In this document: piece by piece, positions 20,405-30,787 of the stretch | Numbering within the stretch: position 1 is the stretch's first letter | Layout: every line of letters begins with the position of its first letter | Origin: Spirochaetota bacterium | Lineage (GTDB): Bacteria; Spirochaetota; Leptospiria; Turneriellales; CBDBES01 | NCBI GenBank assembly: GCA_965206985.1 | Contig: CBDBLF010000021.1 | Location: 38,204-102,203 of the forward strand | Length of the DNA: 64,000 bases | Reading direction: 5' to 3' | Notes under the pieces: model-generated | Seen by the model: the letters and a program-made list of their open reading frames with translations, nothing else | Database searches by the model: none | Told to the model about the DNA's origin: nothing | Position numbers and translations under genes: made by a program

Positions 20405-20726
20405 TCAAAGGTATCCCCCTTCGAGCTTCATTTTGATAGAAAATTGTTAAAATTTTCTTTTTTAATTCTTCATCATATATTGTTCGTATGGAGGGCTTTT
20501 ATTTCTTCGCCCTTCGAAAGCTTTCTTGCTTTAATTTATCTGATATGTAAGCTTCCATTTGCCAAGAGTCGGTTCCGAAATATCAAGTGAATTAGCTATC
20601 CCACGGATGGTTCTCATATACAATTAGATGATTCACCGCATCTCTTAAAATATTTTGTGTGCGTTCTTCTTATTATCCTATCTCCCCTTCTGATATTGAA
20701 CTGTCCACTAAAATGGGGCAGGATCA
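20405..20726 (-). pseudogene. Decayed IS3-family element (left IR plus OrfA/OrfB fragments)
   Basis: Minus-strand TGATCCTGCCCCATTTTAGTGGACAG resembles the IS3 IRL; fragments IANSLDISEPTLGKWK (OrfA HTH) and DEELKKKILTIFYQNEARRG (OrfB start); no second IR seen. Confidence 0.72.
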
Positions 20727-20729
20727 AAA

Positions 20730-21077
20730 TTATTTTGATCGTTGTTGTAGGCCATAGTAGAGAGACTCTTCAATAATCCACGAAAGAGAATGACCTAATG
20801 ACTGTAGTTGTTTGATTGCATCAAGTGTGCCTATAGGAAGATTAAATTTCAAATTGTGATAATTTTTCTTTTTTTCGCGAGCCCGAACCACCACTCTTTT
20901 CCCTGATGAATCAGTACAGAAAATAGGTTTTTGAGAAAAATCACGATACCTACTATTGGTGACAAGTTTTGAGAGGCATGCAATGAAGATTACGAGCTCG
21001 TCTTTTGTGATTTGCTTATAGAAATCATATGCATAAGGGGACAATTCAACACGAAACTCAACCACATAGTTACTCAC
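20730..21077 (-). CDS. Hypothetical protein, possibly ribbon-helix-helix DNA-binding
   Basis: 115 aa; C-terminal 'NLKFNLP..LDAIKQL..GHSLSWIIEESL' fits an RHH pattern; GGGAG and TTGACA upstream on minus strand. Confidence 0.55.
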   Translation of the reverse strand: MSNYVVEFRVELSPYAYDFYKQITKDELVIFIACLSKLVTNSRYRDFSQKPIFCTDSSGKRVVVRAREKKKNYHNLKFNLPIGTLDAIKQLQSLGHSLSWIIEESLYYGLQQRSK

Positions 21078-21220
21078 GGATTAAGTGACGGAACTCCCTA
21101 AAGTCAAACTCATGACAAGCAGGGGCTACTGTGATTAGGATAAATCATTTTGTCAACCAATAATAAGTTATTTTTATAAAAAGAGATTGTCTTGTTGTGA
21201 GCATTATACTTCGTTCACAC

Positions 21221-22750
21221 ATGGATGCTGTACGCACTCGTTTTGCTCCATCTCCCACTGGTTACTTACATGTGGGGGGTGCTAGAACAGCTCTTTTCAA
21301 CTTTTTATATGCGAGATCTCGTGGTGGCACATTTATCCTTCGTATTGAAGATACTGACCAAGCCAGATCGAGCCAAACAAGCTGTGACCAAATGATTAAC
21401 TCAATGAAATGGCTGGGTATCGAATGGGATGAAGGCTACCAAAAAGAAAAAGGGAGATATGGACCTTACCGCCAATCAGAAAGGCTCTCTATTTATCATG
21501 AACATATTGACAAACTTCTCGAAGAAGAAAAAGCATACCGTTGTTTTTGTACAACAAAAGAATTAGAGAGCAAAAAGGAAAGATGTGAGGCGATGGGTCT
21601 CCCTCCCACTTACGATGGGAAGTGCCGAAGTTTGTCAAAAACTGAAATTCAAGAAAAGATTGATCAAAAAGAACCCCATACTATTCGCTTTAAAATACCT
21701 GACCAGAAAGTAGTAAGCTTTAAAGATTATGTTCAGGGAGATGTCCACTTTGAGCCTTCTCTAATCGGTGATTTTATTATTTTAAAATCAGATAAGTTTC
21801 CCTCTTATAATTTTGCTGTCGTCGTTGATGATCATCTTATGAGAATTAATCATGTAATTCGTGGGGTAGGACACTTGTCAAACACCCCCCGACAAATTTT
21901 AATTTTTCAGGCTTTCGGCTGGAAAGCACCGACTTGGGTACACGTGAGTGAAATTATTGGTTCAGATCGAAAAAAATTATCAAAAAGACATGGTGCAGTA
22001 AATATCATGAAGTTTCGGGAGATAGGCTATCCTTCTGAGGCTTTTGTTAATTATATGACTCTTTTAGGCTGGGCACCTCCTGATGGGGCAGAATATATGA
22101 GCCTTGATAAAATAATTCAACAGTTTGACATAGAGCGTTGCAGTAAAAGTCCGGCGATGTTTGATGTTTTTGATCTAGCGAGTATTGGTGGAATTGAACT
22201 CAATAAAACAAATACTGCAGAGTTTCAAAAGCATTTATTGCCAAAGTCTAAGCTCAATTGGATATCCAATCAAACGATACGCGATAAATCAAAATCTCAA
22301 TATCTTGAAGAAATTGCACCCTTTGTTGAAAACAGCTTAGAGGAAAACTCCCTTCGGCTTGAAAAAGAAAAGTTAAATGAAATCCTCCTCAATCTCCGCA
22401 TTTATTTAGACTATTATTGGCAAATTGGTAGATATTTAAATGATTTTTTGATCAATGATGCAAGTATATTTACCAAAGATGCATTAAATTTCTTAAACAA
22501 AGGTTTTAGCCAGAAACTCATTGAGAACTTCACTCAAAAAATTAATGAGGTTGATCATTTTGACGAGCCTTCTATTAAAGAGGCAATCAAAAGAACTGGT
22601 GATGCAAGTGGCGTGAAGGGCAAAGAACTTTTTATGAGCCTCAGGGCTGCAGTAACAGGAAAACTCCACGGTCTAGAGTTGCCCGTATATATACGGCTTC
22701 TTGGAAAGGACATGGTTTTAGAAAGGCTAAAAATGGCCTCACAACCATAA
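21221..22750 (+). CDS. gltX: Glutamate--tRNA ligase
   Basis: RFAPSPTGYLHVGG, LRIEDTD, KLSKRHG. Confidence 0.96.
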   Translation: MDAVRTRFAPSPTGYLHVGGARTALFNFLYARSRGGTFILRIEDTDQARSSQTSCDQMINSMKWLGIEWDEGYQKEKGRYGPYRQSERLSIYHEHIDKLLEEEKAYRCFCTTKELESKKERCEAMGLPPTYDGKCRSLSKTEIQEKIDQKEPHTIRFKIPDQKVVSFKDYVQGDVHFEPSLIGDFIILKSDKFPSYNFAVVVDDHLMRINHVIRGVGHLSNTPRQILIFQAFGWKAPTWVHVSEIIGSDRKKLSKRHGAVNIMKFREIGYPSEAFVNYMTLLGWAPPDGAEYMSLDKIIQQFDIERCSKSPAMFDVFDLASIGGIELNKTNTAEFQKHLLPKSKLNWISNQTIRDKSKSQYLEEIAPFVENSLEENSLRLEKEKLNEILLNLRIYLDYYWQIGRYLNDFLINDASIFTKDALNFLNKGFSQKLIENFTQKINEVDHFDEPSIKEAIKRTGDASGVKGKELFMSLRAAVTGKLHGLELPVYIRLLGKDMVLERLKMASQP

Positions 22751-22752
22751 TT

Positions 22753-23139
22753 ATGAAAGGTAGTTATGAAGACAAACAAGACCATATTCTTGAGATGGAA
22801 ACTCCTTCCGTCGCTGTATTTAAAAATATCTATCGAGGAAAACTGTTTCATGTGAAGCTTGAAGTGTTGGAATTTACCACAATTTGTCCTAAGACATCAC
22901 TACCTGATTTTGGCGAAGTAATGATTGATTACATTCCTGATAAACATTGTTTAGAATTAAAATCTCTCAAAAAATATTTTTATTTTTATCGAGATGTTGG
23001 TATTTTCCACGAAAACTTAGTGAATAAAAGTTTAGAAGATTTGCTCAGAGCCTGCTCCCCTATATACATGAAGCTAGACGCTGTGTATAATATCCGCGGT
23101 GGGATACGAACCAGTGTAAGTAGAGAATATAAAAAGTAA
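22753..23139 (+). CDS. queF: preQ0 reductase (type I QueF)
   Basis: EFTTICPKT..PDFG, ELKSLK, FHE, RGGI. Confidence 0.93.
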   Translation: MKGSYEDKQDHILEMETPSVAVFKNIYRGKLFHVKLEVLEFTTICPKTSLPDFGEVMIDYIPDKHCLELKSLKKYFYFYRDVGIFHENLVNKSLEDLLRACSPIYMKLDAVYNIRGGIRTSVSREYKK

Positions 23140-23152
23140 AGAAATCAATCTC

Positions 23153-23206
23153 AAAAAAAAAATGAAAGCAAAACAAAAAAAAAATGAAAGCAAAACAAAA
23201 AAAAAA
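23153..23206 (+). repeat. 22-bp tandem duplication ATGAAAGCAAAAC-A9 with three A10 runs at the start of the CPBP gene
   Basis: ATG at 23162 (in frame) and 23184 (out of frame). Confidence 0.8.
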
Positions 23207-23917
23207 TATTTATTCAGGTGTATGGCTGCATTCTTACTTGTTCTTTTAGGAATTACTTTGACCCAAGTAGTTTCGATTGGTTTTGTTCAACTTGGTATTA
23301 TTACGAAATTAGCAAATAAAGTTGATGCCAAAAAATTTTTAATAATAATTGCACAACAAGCGACTATTTTTGTTTTTTTAGCTTGGTGGTTTCAGAAAAG
23401 ACTAGGCTCTTCTTTCTTCAAATTTGATGGTGATATCAAATTTGTGACGTTTTTTTATGGTATTCTTGGGTTATTCGGAGTGAATTTATTTTCAGGGTTG
23501 GTGATGAAATATATGGGTGTGGACATTCAACAACTTGAGGCTTTAGACCACCAGAATATGAAACAGAATCCAGCCATTTTTTTATTTATTGTCGCTTTTA
23601 TCGCTCCTCTCTATGAGGAATTTGTTTTCCGGGGGGTTATTTTGAAAATGCTTTATTCCAAAGCAGAAGAAAAGCTTGGTTCACCTTCCTACATGGCCAT
23701 CGCCATCTTATTTTCAGGAGCTCTCTTTTCATTTGTACATTTTGACATCGATGCGGCTTTCCCTGTATTTACATTGGGTTGCTATTTTGCCTGGGTGACG
23801 ATTCAAACAAACTCTATTTTTCTTTCTTCAATGCTCCACTTTGTTCAAAACTTCCTTTCTGGTTGTCTATTCTTAAATCAGGGTTTACTAAAAAGCCTTG
23901 AATCTACCTTCTTCTAG
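23162..23917 (+). CDS. CPBP (CAAX/Abi) intramembrane metalloprotease
   Basis: APLYEEFVFRG, LFSFVH, SMLHFVQN. Confidence 0.9.
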   Translation: MKAKQKKNESKTKKKYLFRCMAAFLLVLLGITLTQVVSIGFVQLGIITKLANKVDAKKFLIIIAQQATIFVFLAWWFQKRLGSSFFKFDGDIKFVTFFYGILGLFGVNLFSGLVMKYMGVDIQQLEALDHQNMKQNPAIFLFIVAFIAPLYEEFVFRGVILKMLYSKAEEKLGSPSYMAIAILFSGALFSFVHFDIDAAFPVFTLGCYFAWVTIQTNSIFLSSMLHFVQNFLSGCLFLNQGLLKSLESTFF

Positions 23918-24565
23918 ATCATCTAATATAAAGTCTCCTATCTGAATTCTTTTTAAATCAATGACTTCTCGACCAATATTATTCATAATTCGACGAATTT
24001 CCCGATTCTTGCCTTGGTGCAAACTTACTTCATAGTGCCCAAGTTTCTTTAACTTCTTTAACACATCAAATTTTAGGATGCTCTGCTTATCGCGAACACC
24101 TCGCAATGTCTTTTGTATTGATTTTTCGTTAAGGGGAGGTTTGATATGGATGTGGTATATTTTTTTTATACGAAAAGAAGGATGAGTAAGTTCGTAAATA
24201 AGGCGGCCATCATTTGAGAGAATGATCAACCCTCGGGATTCTTTATCAAGCCTTCCTGCAAAAAAAAAATTTTTTTGCTTTGGACTTACGAGTTCCATAA
24301 TAGATTTTTCTTGCTTAAATTTTCGGTGAGAACAGACATACCCAGCGGGCTTATTTAAAAGAATAACTTCGGTTTTATTCTCCCAATAATATTTCTTATC
24401 ATTAACATAAACAGGAGAGCTCAACTGACTTTCTTCTATTTCAAAGTTTAATTCAATAACCTGCCTCTCGAGAAAGCAAACCTTATTTTCTTTCAAAAAA
24501 GTGGCTGTATTTCTTCGAGAACACAGGCCTACTTGCGAAAGAAACCTTCCGATTCTAACGGGCAT
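23888..24565 (-). CDS. RsuA/RluB-family pseudouridine synthase
   Basis: S4 domain, LNKPAG, GRLDKESRG, GKNREIRR. Confidence 0.9.
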   Translation of the reverse strand: MPVRIGRFLSQVGLCSRRNTATFLKENKVCFLERQVIELNFEIEESQLSSPVYVNDKKYYWENKTEVILLNKPAGYVCSHRKFKQEKSIMELVSPKQKNFFFAGRLDKESRGLIILSNDGRLIYELTHPSFRIKKIYHIHIKPPLNEKSIQKTLRGVRDKQSILKFDVLKKLKKLGHYEVSLHQGKNREIRRIMNNIGREVIDLKRIQIGDFILDDLEEGRFKAF

Positions 24566-24568
24566 TAC

Positions 24569-25045
24569 TTATGACCATTCGATATGATTCGACACTTTAA
24601 TTTTATTTCCTAGCCAAAAATATTGATCATTGACCTCCTCAATGATTTCTCCAAACTTAACGGCTGACTTTGATGAAAAAATAGACCAAGCCTGCAAACG
24701 AGGAAGTTTTGCGTAAGCAGTTAATTTTTCATCCAAAATAATTTCGAGATCTTGGTTGGGAATTGTTTCTCCGTTTTCTAAAACAAAATGCTCTTCAACA
24801 ACGTCGGTTATTTGAAGTAGAGGCCCTTCAACTTTGATATAGCCTTTCTCACTGAATTTTCCAAAAGTATTGTAGATATAGATTCCTTTTTTATCTCGGT
24901 ATAAATTCCCTTTAAAAAAAAGCAGAATTTTCAGGTTAATTATTTTTAAATCTCCCGTATACCAAGCACCTGTTCTGTCAATTCGAATCTGGGTGAACTC
25001 TTCTCTCGGAGGAGTCGCTATCTCGGGATTGTTTTTCTTACTCAC
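24569..25045 (-). CDS. Hypothetical protein (DUF1285-like)
   Basis: 'IRIDRTGAWY' N-terminus and 'EKGYIKVEGP' pattern. Confidence 0.5.
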   Translation of the reverse strand: MSKKNNPEIATPPREEFTQIRIDRTGAWYTGDLKIINLKILLFFKGNLYRDKKGIYIYNTFGKFSEKGYIKVEGPLLQITDVVEEHFVLENGETIPNQDLEIILDEKLTAYAKLPRLQAWSIFSSKSAVKFGEIIEEVNDQYFWLGNKIKVSNHIEWS

Positions 25046-25049
25046 GCTT

Positions 25050-26015
25050 TTATTTCAAAAACCTATGAATCTTTTTGGCAGTGAGTTCAGGTTCTTCCAT
25101 GTGGAGGTGATGCCCTCCTCTAGGAATTACTTCAATATTTATTTTTTTAAAATAGGCAAATCTCTTTTTAAGTTTTTTCTTCACAAATAAATAAATAGGG
25201 CTATTTTCAGCAAAGATGCAGCAAGCAGGCGCCTTAATTTCTCGAATGAAAGCAATAACTTGTTTTTCGGTCAAAAAGACAGAAGAAGAGACACGAGTTT
25301 GGGGATCAGTCGCCCATGCAAATACACCATTTCCAATTTTTTTCATATTTCTTTCTACTAACACGCGGGCAGCATTTTGACTAATTGCCTGAGAAAGAAC
25401 AACTGGCTTTCTAAGTATATACCTTTTGTTGCTTTGATTGTAGTTTATTAGAGAAGCTCTCTGCCGCATACTGATAATTTTGTCAAGAACATGTGCATTA
25501 TACGTATGATTTACCTTTCTTTTCTTGAGCTTACTTGATATTTCGTCTAAAAATTGACGGTAAGAAAAAACAATCTGCTCAGGTCGTTTTGTAAGTGGCC
25601 CATTAGACTCTAACAAAATTAGTTTGTTGATTCTCTCTGGTCTAGTTCCTGCACTCAACAATGCAACAGCCGCCCCCATAGAATGACCAAGTAAATTTAC
25701 TCTAGAAAAGTTGAGTTTGTCTATAATTGTTAGGATACAGCTAACATATTGAATCAAAAAAGAACCCATTTCAGAGGAGAGATGACAAGATTGTCCATGC
25801 CCAGGTAGGTCAATCGCTATGATATAGAGATTAGGGTTTCTCTCCAGCAAAACAGGCACTAAAAAATCAAAACTGGCTGCGTTATCCAACCAACCATGTA
25901 AAGCGAGCACAGGCGTCTTTGTTGGTCTCCCCCATGCTTTCCCGGTAATTGTGCCAAGACTACCACCCAGCTCAATATTAATCTCTTTTGCTTGTTGGAG
26001 CTGTTGTCTCTTCAT
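25050..26015 (-). CDS. Alpha/beta hydrolase
   Basis: LHGWLDNAASF, DLPGHG, GHSMG, GGHHLH. Confidence 0.92.
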   Translation of the reverse strand: MKRQQLQQAKEINIELGGSLGTITGKAWGRPTKTPVLALHGWLDNAASFDFLVPVLLERNPNLYIIAIDLPGHGQSCHLSSEMGSFLIQYVSCILTIIDKLNFSRVNLLGHSMGAAVALLSAGTRPERINKLILLESNGPLTKRPEQIVFSYRQFLDEISSKLKKRKVNHTYNAHVLDKIISMRQRASLINYNQSNKRYILRKPVVLSQAISQNAARVLVERNMKKIGNGVFAWATDPQTRVSSSVFLTEKQVIAFIREIKAPACCIFAENSPIYLFVKKKLKKRFAYFKKINIEVIPRGGHHLHMEEPELTAKKIHRFLK

Positions 26016-26334
26016 CTTTTGACCTTAAACCTGTTAACTTAGGTATAAGGTCTCGTCACTCAATTTTAAGATATTTTTTATTTTTTTCCATCAGCTCTTT
26101 GGTAGACAAATATGAGACTGGGAAGGAACTAGGTTTTAGTTCGTGGAGAAAACCTACTGAGTATTTCTCAATTAACAATCTGGCCAAATTATACTTTTTA
26201 TCATTATCTAATGATACAGGCTTACTTTCAATATTTTCACGTTCTAAAAATAACTCTTTAAAGCACCATAAAAAAAATATTTTGACCCAATTTTCTTAGT
26301 TTTCTCCCAGTCTTTTTTTTTCCTATCTTCAGCT

Positions 26335-27438
26335 CTAATTATAGGGATGGAGAATAGGATTGTACCCCCCTACGACCATTGGCATCTTTTGAAATAAATA
26401 GTCCAGTCGAAACGGTGGTAAATTTAATATTTGTTTGTCAATAGTTGTGCTTTCCTCTCGGATCAGCTGCCAGGGCGATTTATTCTCTTTGTAAGAATTT
26501 TTTCTTATTGAATTGAACATCAATAGATAGGAGCCAGCTTTGTTGAGAAAGTCTTCTCTTGAATTATACGTTTCATTCAGGTAAAGGTGATCCTCAATCA
26601 ATCTATGAGTCGTTTCAACATCAGACTGCCAAGTATGCGCTCCAGCAGGGATCGTCTGGTGTGGCACACCATAACTGGCTAATACTTTTGTAAACTCCGA
26701 ATCTCCTTTTTTATTCCAAGCACCAATAAACTCTGAGCCATTATCTGTTTGCCCTCTCGTATTATTTTTCTTTAAATCAACCCCTGATTTTACAAGATGA
26801 TCTAAAATTACCTCCATAAACAGACAAGAGTATGCCATATTATACTCATCTGCAAAAGCTAGAAATTGTAAGCCAGAAAAAACTTCTCTGAAGGTATATT
26901 GATATTTCGGTACAATATTTTCCTGAATATAAGGCCAAAGCTCAGGAATATCGTATAAATGCTTCGTATCTACGTCAAATTGCTTAAATAAACCCCATAA
27001 TTTCTTAATTTCACGCAAATTTTGCTTCGTTTTATGTTTTCTACGCTTTTTTTTCAAGAGTGCTTGCTCCCTCCACGCTCTGCGAATGGCCTTGACACTC
27101 AAGTCTAGTTGGTAAACATTCTTCAGTTCCTGAGCACCAAAGCCTCGACGTTTCTTTTTAAGAAAGCAAACATAAGCCTTTTCAAAGTCTGTGATTGCAT
27201 GTGGTGAGTAGTGTGGAGCGTGGCTCTTGTCTTCCAAGCCAACGTATTTCTCTGATTCAAACCTACGAAACCACTTTTTTACTGTTTTTACAGTCGTTTT
27301 AAACATTCTGGCTGTTGGCTTGAAACCATGCTTCTTGGCATAATGAACCATTTGCATTCTGTATAACTTTTTGTCTTTACTATTTCGCATTACTGCCGAA
27401 TACCTGTTTAGACAAATAACCTGAGAAGGGTGCTTCAT
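26335..27438 (-). CDS. IS481-like DDE transposase (367 aa)
   Basis: N-terminal HTH (ARMFKTTVKTVKKWFRRF); DVDTK, QTDNGSEF, VETTHR; stop codon lies in the target duplication. Confidence 0.88.
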   Translation of the reverse strand: MKHPSQVICLNRYSAVMRNSKDKKLYRMQMVHYAKKHGFKPTARMFKTTVKTVKKWFRRFESEKYVGLEDKSHAPHYSPHAITDFEKAYVCFLKKKRRGFGAQELKNVYQLDLSVKAIRRAWREQALLKKKRRKHKTKQNLREIKKLWGLFKQFDVDTKHLYDIPELWPYIQENIVPKYQYTFREVFSGLQFLAFADEYNMAYSCLFMEVILDHLVKSGVDLKKNNTRGQTDNGSEFIGAWNKKGDSEFTKVLASYGVPHQTIPAGAHTWQSDVETTHRLIEDHLYLNETYNSREDFLNKAGSYLLMFNSIRKNSYKENKSPWQLIREESTTIDKQILNLPPFRLDYLFQKMPMVVGGYNPILHPYN

Positions 27439-27603
27439 TAGGAACCTCTGTTTTATTTGATGATTTAACGTCGGCCTTTTGATGCACCTTTTTTAGGAAA
27501 ATGTCTTTCACTTGCTCTACCAGTAAACCCAAGCCTTTTGAACCAAATAACTTGATTTGAACCAATTCTGAACCAACTAATGATGGTCGTAGGGGGGTAC
27601 TAT

Positions 27604-29489
27604 GAGCTTGTGCGGGAACTAGGATTTTTCTTGCTTTTCTGTGTTCTTCTTTGATTATGTCTTATTATGAAACGATTTATGAAAAGTGATAGAGATCAAG
27701 TTATGCTGTTTTCGCATACTATAGCAGATAATTTAGAAGAAAATCACGAGGTTTATGCCTTTGCTGCCTTGTTAGATAAAATTCCTATGAAACCATTTCT
27801 TTCTAAGTACTCAAAAGAAGGGGGTCGGGCTTACCATCCGGTTATAATGCTGGGATGCCTTTTTTATGGCTTTCATCGTGGATGGAGAAGCAGCAGAGAA
27901 TTACAAAAAGCCTGTGAAGAGAACGACGCCATGCGTTATTTAGTTGGTGGTCATAAAGTAAAGTTTCGGTCTATTGCTGAATTCCGTGTTAATTTTGGTA
28001 AAGAAATTGGCGAAGTTTTTAATTACTCTGTATCTTTGCTATCCCACAAAAAGAAAAATATTGGTACTGATGTTAAGGTAGATGGAACTAAAATCAAAGC
28101 CAGTGCTGCTGACGATCAAACATACAAAAAGTCAGATTTAGAGGAACGTAAAAGAGCTATACAGCAAGAGATCTTAGAGTATCTACGCTCAGGTAGAGAA
28201 TTAGATATTGAGGAAGATAAACTATATGGTAAAGACAACAGTGGCTATGAGCTTAATCCTGAAGAGGTAGATACGATCATTGAGGAGTTTATTCGCTTAC
28301 AAAAAGCGAGTGAAAAGGCAAAGAGAGAGTCATTAAAAACAGCAGAAGGAAAGCAAAGTGAACCAGCCGAGTTTTCTACATCTGTTGAAAAAGATTCTTC
28401 AGAAACTATAGAAGGTACACAGGATATAGAAGCTCTAAAAACAGGAGAAAAAGAAGTTGAGGTCTTTTTAGAAGATACAACTAATTCTCATGCTAACGAG
28501 CCAGAATTATTGATAAATGAAGACCAGGCTGCAGAAGATAATGATTCTGTTATGCTTAGGAAAGCTCAAAAGTATGTTACGATCAGTAAAAGTCTGGAAG
28601 AGAATCAAGAGTCTGCTTCTGATTCTAAAATAAATCTTACTGATCCAGATGCTAAATTCATGAAACGGAATGGTAAAATTTCTCAAAGCTACAACATTCA
28701 AGTTACCTCATCAGAAGGCTATATTTTGGCAGCTGACATTGCTGAAGCTAATTCAGAAAATGATTTAGAGCAATTAGCTCCTACCCTTTCTAAAGCTGAG
28801 TCAAACACAGGGACCAGTATACAGACAGCTTCTGCAGATTCGGGTTACTTTCATTCAAGTGGTTTGGAATACCTGGATTCAAAAGGGATCAATGGTTTTA
28901 TACCTTCACCTGATCAGGTAGCCAAAGAAAGAAAAGGAGAAGAGGATTCAGGTTATGAAGCTCATCAGTTTAAATATGACGAGGATGATGATTCTTGGGT
29001 TTGCCCCGAGGGTAAAACCTTAGAATTTCATAATGAATCTGTGAAAGATAAAAAGAAATATACTCATTATCATGGTAAACCTCCTGACTGTGTCATTTGC
29101 CCTGCCAGAGAACAATGTTGTACGAGCGAAGAAGAGTTACGCAGAGGTTATCGCAAATTGTCAGTAGACTCTGGTTTTGCTTTAAAACATGAAATGATCA
29201 AGAAGATGAATTCAGAAGAAGCAAAGTCTTTCTATAAAAAGCGAGGTTCTGAAATTGAACCCATTTTTGGAATTTTGAAACAAGCCAAAAAGTTCAGAGA
29301 ATTCTTGCTCAGAGGCAGTAAAAAGGTTCAAATAGAGGTAAAAATCGCAGCTACAGCATTTAATTTTGGCAAAATGGTACGAGAACAACTTGCATAAACT
29401 ATAAATTCCTTGACATATTTGAAAAATGAGACTGACGCAGCAAATATCTCATAAAATGCACTGAAAAATCCTAGTTCCTGCACAAGCTC
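27604..29489 (+). mobile_element. IS1182-family IS, copy B, nested in the IS481-like IR
   Basis: 1886 bp; TSD CTAT at 27600-27603 / 29490-29493. Confidence 0.93.
27667..29397 (+). CDS. IS1182-family transposase
   Basis: Near-identical to 15184-16914. Confidence 0.93.
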   Translation: MKRFMKSDRDQVMLFSHTIADNLEENHEVYAFAALLDKIPMKPFLSKYSKEGGRAYHPVIMLGCLFYGFHRGWRSSRELQKACEENDAMRYLVGGHKVKFRSIAEFRVNFGKEIGEVFNYSVSLLSHKKKNIGTDVKVDGTKIKASAADDQTYKKSDLEERKRAIQQEILEYLRSGRELDIEEDKLYGKDNSGYELNPEEVDTIIEEFIRLQKASEKAKRESLKTAEGKQSEPAEFSTSVEKDSSETIEGTQDIEALKTGEKEVEVFLEDTTNSHANEPELLINEDQAAEDNDSVMLRKAQKYVTISKSLEENQESASDSKINLTDPDAKFMKRNGKISQSYNIQVTSSEGYILAADIAEANSENDLEQLAPTLSKAESNTGTSIQTASADSGYFHSSGLEYLDSKGINGFIPSPDQVAKERKGEEDSGYEAHQFKYDEDDDSWVCPEGKTLEFHNESVKDKKKYTHYHGKPPDCVICPAREQCCTSEEELRRGYRKLSVDSGFALKHEMIKKMNSEEAKSFYKKRGSEIEPIFGILKQAKKFREFLLRGSKKVQIEVKIAATAFNFGKMVREQLA

Positions 29490-29518
29490 CTATCATCCTT
29501 CTCTCTCCCACTTCAGCT

Positions 29519-30622
29519 CTAATTATAGGGATGGAGAATAGGATTGTACCCCCCTACGACCATTGGCATCTTTTGAAATAAATAGTCCAGTCGAAACGGT
29601 GGTAAATTTAATATTTGTTTGTCAATAGTTGTGCTTTCCTCTCGGATCAGCTGCCAGGGCGATTTATTCTCTTTGTAAGAATTTTTTCTTATTGAATTGA
29701 ACATCAATAGATAGGAGCCAGCTTTGTTGAGAAAGTCTTCTCTTGAATTATACGTTTCATTCAGGTAAAGGTGATCCTCAATCAATCTATGAGTCGTTTC
29801 AACATCAGACTGCCAAGTATGCGCTCCAGCAGGGATCGTCTGGTGTGGCACACCATAACTGGCTAATACTTTTGTAAACTCCGAATCTCCTTTTTTATTC
29901 CAAGCACCAATAAACTCTGAGCCATTATCTGTTTGCCCTCTCGTATTATTTTTCTTTAAATCAACCCCTGATTTTACAAGATGATCTAAAATTACCTCCA
30001 TAAACAGACAAGAGTATGCCATATTATACTCATCTGCAAAAGCTAGAAATTGTAAGCCAGAAAAAACTTCTCTGAAGGTATATTGATATTTCGGTACAAT
30101 ATTTTCCTGAATATAAGGCCAAAGCTCAGGAATATCGTATAAATGCTTCGTATCTACGTCAAATTGCTTAAATAAACCCCATAATTTCTTAATTTCACGC
30201 AAATTTTGCTTCGTTTTATGTTTTCTACGCTTTTTTTTCAAGAGTGCTTGCTCCCTCCACGCTCTGCGAATGGCCTTGACACTCAAGTCTAGTTGGTAAA
30301 CATTCTTCAGTTCCTGAGCACCAAAGCCTCGACGTTTCTTTTTAAGAAAGCAAACATAAGCCTTTTCAAAGTCTGTGATTGCATGTGGTGAGTAGTGTGG
30401 AGCGTGGCTCTTGTCTTCCAAGCCAACGTATTTCTCTGATTCAAACCTACGAAACCACTTTTTTACTGTTTTTACAGTCGTTTTAAACATTCTGGCTGTT
30501 GGCTTGAAACCATGCTTCTTGGCATAATGAACCATTTGCATTCTGTATAACTTTTTGTCTTTACTATTTCGCATTACTGCCGAATACCTGTTTAGACAAA
30601 TAACCTGAGAAGGGTGCTTCAT
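29519..30622 (-). CDS. IS481-like DDE transposase
   Basis: Protein identical to copy 1. Confidence 0.88.
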   Translation of the reverse strand: MKHPSQVICLNRYSAVMRNSKDKKLYRMQMVHYAKKHGFKPTARMFKTTVKTVKKWFRRFESEKYVGLEDKSHAPHYSPHAITDFEKAYVCFLKKKRRGFGAQELKNVYQLDLSVKAIRRAWREQALLKKKRRKHKTKQNLREIKKLWGLFKQFDVDTKHLYDIPELWPYIQENIVPKYQYTFREVFSGLQFLAFADEYNMAYSCLFMEVILDHLVKSGVDLKKNNTRGQTDNGSEFIGAWNKKGDSEFTKVLASYGVPHQTIPAGAHTWQSDVETTHRLIEDHLYLNETYNSREDFLNKAGSYLLMFNSIRKNSYKENKSPWQLIREESTTIDKQILNLPPFRLDYLFQKMPMVVGGYNPILHPYN

Positions 30623-30787
30623 TAGGAACCTCTGTTTTATTTGATGATTTAACGTCGGCCTTTTGATGCACCTTTTTTAGGAAAATGTCTTTCACTTGCT
30701 CTACCAGTAAACCCAAGCCTTTTGAACCAAATAACTTGATTTGAACCAATTCTGAACCAACTAATGATGGTCGTAGGGGGGTACTAT

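Larger units (their letters stand above)
26342..29510 (-). mobile_element. IS481-like element copy 1 (1279 bp, interrupted in its IRL by IS1182 copy B)
   Basis: Ends TAGGGATGG.../...CTCTCCCA; 38-bp imperfect TIR with 18-bp perfect core GTACCCCCCTACGACCAT; flanked by CTTCAGCTCTAATTA on both sides. Confidence 0.9.

Noticed and set aside
26058-26296. About 80-codon open frame on the minus strand, and the + strand 103-aa ORF
   Set aside because: No plausible start codon or recognisable similarity; cannot be supported as a gene
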